A stretch of DNA of 64,000 nucleotides from Rhodosorus marinus CCMP1338 (taxonomy: Eukaryota > Plantae > Rhodophyta): positions 1,612,001 to 1,676,000 of the forward strand of contig JAMWBK010000001.1 in the NCBI GenBank assembly GCA_029953675.1, written 5' to 3'. Positions 62,419 through 64,000 of the stretch are shown piece after piece. Under the pieces are notes generated by a model. It did not search any database. It was not told the origin of the DNA and saw nothing but the letters and a program-made list of their open reading frames with translations. Position 1 is the first letter of the stretch. Every line of letters starts with the position of its first letter. The translations under genes were made by a program, and so were the position numbers.

Positions 62419-64000
62419 ACATGAAATTGTAGAGCTGGCTCGCTGGGGGGTGGGAAGAGAAAGACACACTAGTCCAGGCGCCGTTGTCGGGCAAACGGAT
62501 GGAGACAGCCGCGATGAGTTCATTGCCCGATGGCAATACTCTTCTTCAAGCTTATGGTCTCCTCAAGTGATGCGGGAGCTTCTTCAAGCGCCTCCCAGCT
62601 TTCCTATGAATCATCGGGTCGCCTCCGCGGAAAAATGGCCGCGACTTAAGCAGTTTTGTGAGTGCAAAGCGGTGTGTTGGCCATCTGCCTGTGACTGGGC
62701 GACACTCTAGGATCTGGAGTCGGATGCTGGTGCCTGTTCGACACTAGAAGAATTCACCTCAACTAGCAATCCTTTCTTGTCTAAGCACGCTGGTCAAGGG
62801 TGACAAACATATCTTGTACTGAGCATTGGCTGAGGACTCCAGTGGTCACACCCACTAACAGCTTGTCGTGTTGTAAACTAAAGCGCAAAACAATGGAGTA
62901 GAGGTCTCAAGGCCGCAAGTATATGTACCTGAATACTTGAAATTCATGATCGCAATCTTTTTACTTGCAATCTTCTTGAATCAGGTAGCTACGTTGCCAA
63001 ACCCAGGTCTGAGCATTGACTCCACACAATCTCTAAAGGGTTCAACAGGCTACTGTGGGTGAACGGATTGGCTGTCGCCTATAGCGCGTCCAACCTCCTC
63101 ATCGGCAACGATTTGCCGCCTGTTTGTTTCTTGAAGGCAGGTAAGAGGCAGTGCTTATTGATTGATTTTTGTTGATTATGAAGTAACGGCTTGGGTGAGC
63201 AAGCGAAAAAGGTTCCAGCATACCCAAAACCACCACCCACGGAAGTCTTGACCGTGCTGATGTCCGTAAATGGAGAGCCAATGTTTATAGATCTACGACA
63301 ACTGCAACGAAGTTCACGAAGACTAGATTTCCAGGCTTCCGGGAGAGCGACAATTTTCGTTCGATTTTTTTAACCGCCTGCTCTGGAGATCCGGTAGCGA
63401 CTGAAAGTTGCCTGCCGTATCCGAATATTTGTTGTGAACGCCTTTACTAGAGCCCCGAACGAGTTCGATTTCAAATGCCATATAAATGAATCACATGAAA
63501 TAGATTGAGCTCGTTCCGTAGCGGCAGTATTCCACTTTCGACCGCGTTTCCCTCGTTGTTTTCAAAGGTTTCTGAGTCCGGAAGTCTCGCTTCATTGATT
63601 GAACGACAGGAACCTGAATTGTACATAAATCGGGGCTATGTGGGCGGGACGCAACTCAAAAATCTGTGTCACACCGGTTCGTTCCGCCTGCTGTCGAGGT
63701 CATCGAGAGTTCCGGGGCGACCTGGCATGAGGACTGTTTTAGCGATCTTGAGACTCACACGCGTTTCCTGTCTTGGTTGAGCCTTATGCTGTGGGGTTCG
63801 AATGCGGCATTAGTTCTAGAGTCCCGTTCTCTCGGTTTAATCTAGCCCTTTCCCTCTCAGAGCTGTTCTCTCTGCATAAACGATGGTGATTATAAAAGTC
63901 ATACTCGTCCACAGTTCCTCGGATGTGCAACCTGATTTGTCCCGAAGAGGTAGTGCCTGGAATGGTTTTGTACAACAGAGGAACGTGAATCCAGACAGTT

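Overview
This is eukaryotic nuclear DNA from a compact genome with short GT-AG introns. It is most consistent with a unicellular red alga; that is an inference from the plastid-type presequence on a class II DAHP synthase, a PLR1-type aldo-keto reductase and the intron sizes. Recognisable genes in order: PIF1 helicase, FUT8/GT23-like fucosyltransferase, DUF3598/BFA1-like protein, PLR1-like aldo-keto reductase, ATM kinase (~10.5 kb), CTP synthase, a small 3-exon coiled-coil gene absent from the ORF track, RCHY1/PIRH2, a hypothetical ORF, TGS1, class II DAHP synthase, an intronless SGLT-like sodium:solute symporter, VPS36, SIN3, an R2R3-MYB and a class II eIF4E (4EHP/nCBP). The first 3.2 kb is a cluster of decayed transposons (Copia, hAT, CRE-like LINE). 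A second, inverted copy of the hAT fragment lies at ~56.8-58.0 kb. The most notable observations are: (1) a decayed, highly divergent mitochondrial-type cox3 fragment at ~56.4-56.6 kb with an in-frame TGA that may be Trp; (2) a SIN3 model with ~700 aa of disordered sequence before PAH1, including an LPG(A/S)Q(A/S) hexapeptide repeat conserved at protein level; (3) a VPS36 with a Q/Y/P-rich prion-like insert. Exon boundaries were inferred by eye and some gene ends are approximate. No database searches were run. No CRISPR arrays, rRNA or tRNA genes were recognised.
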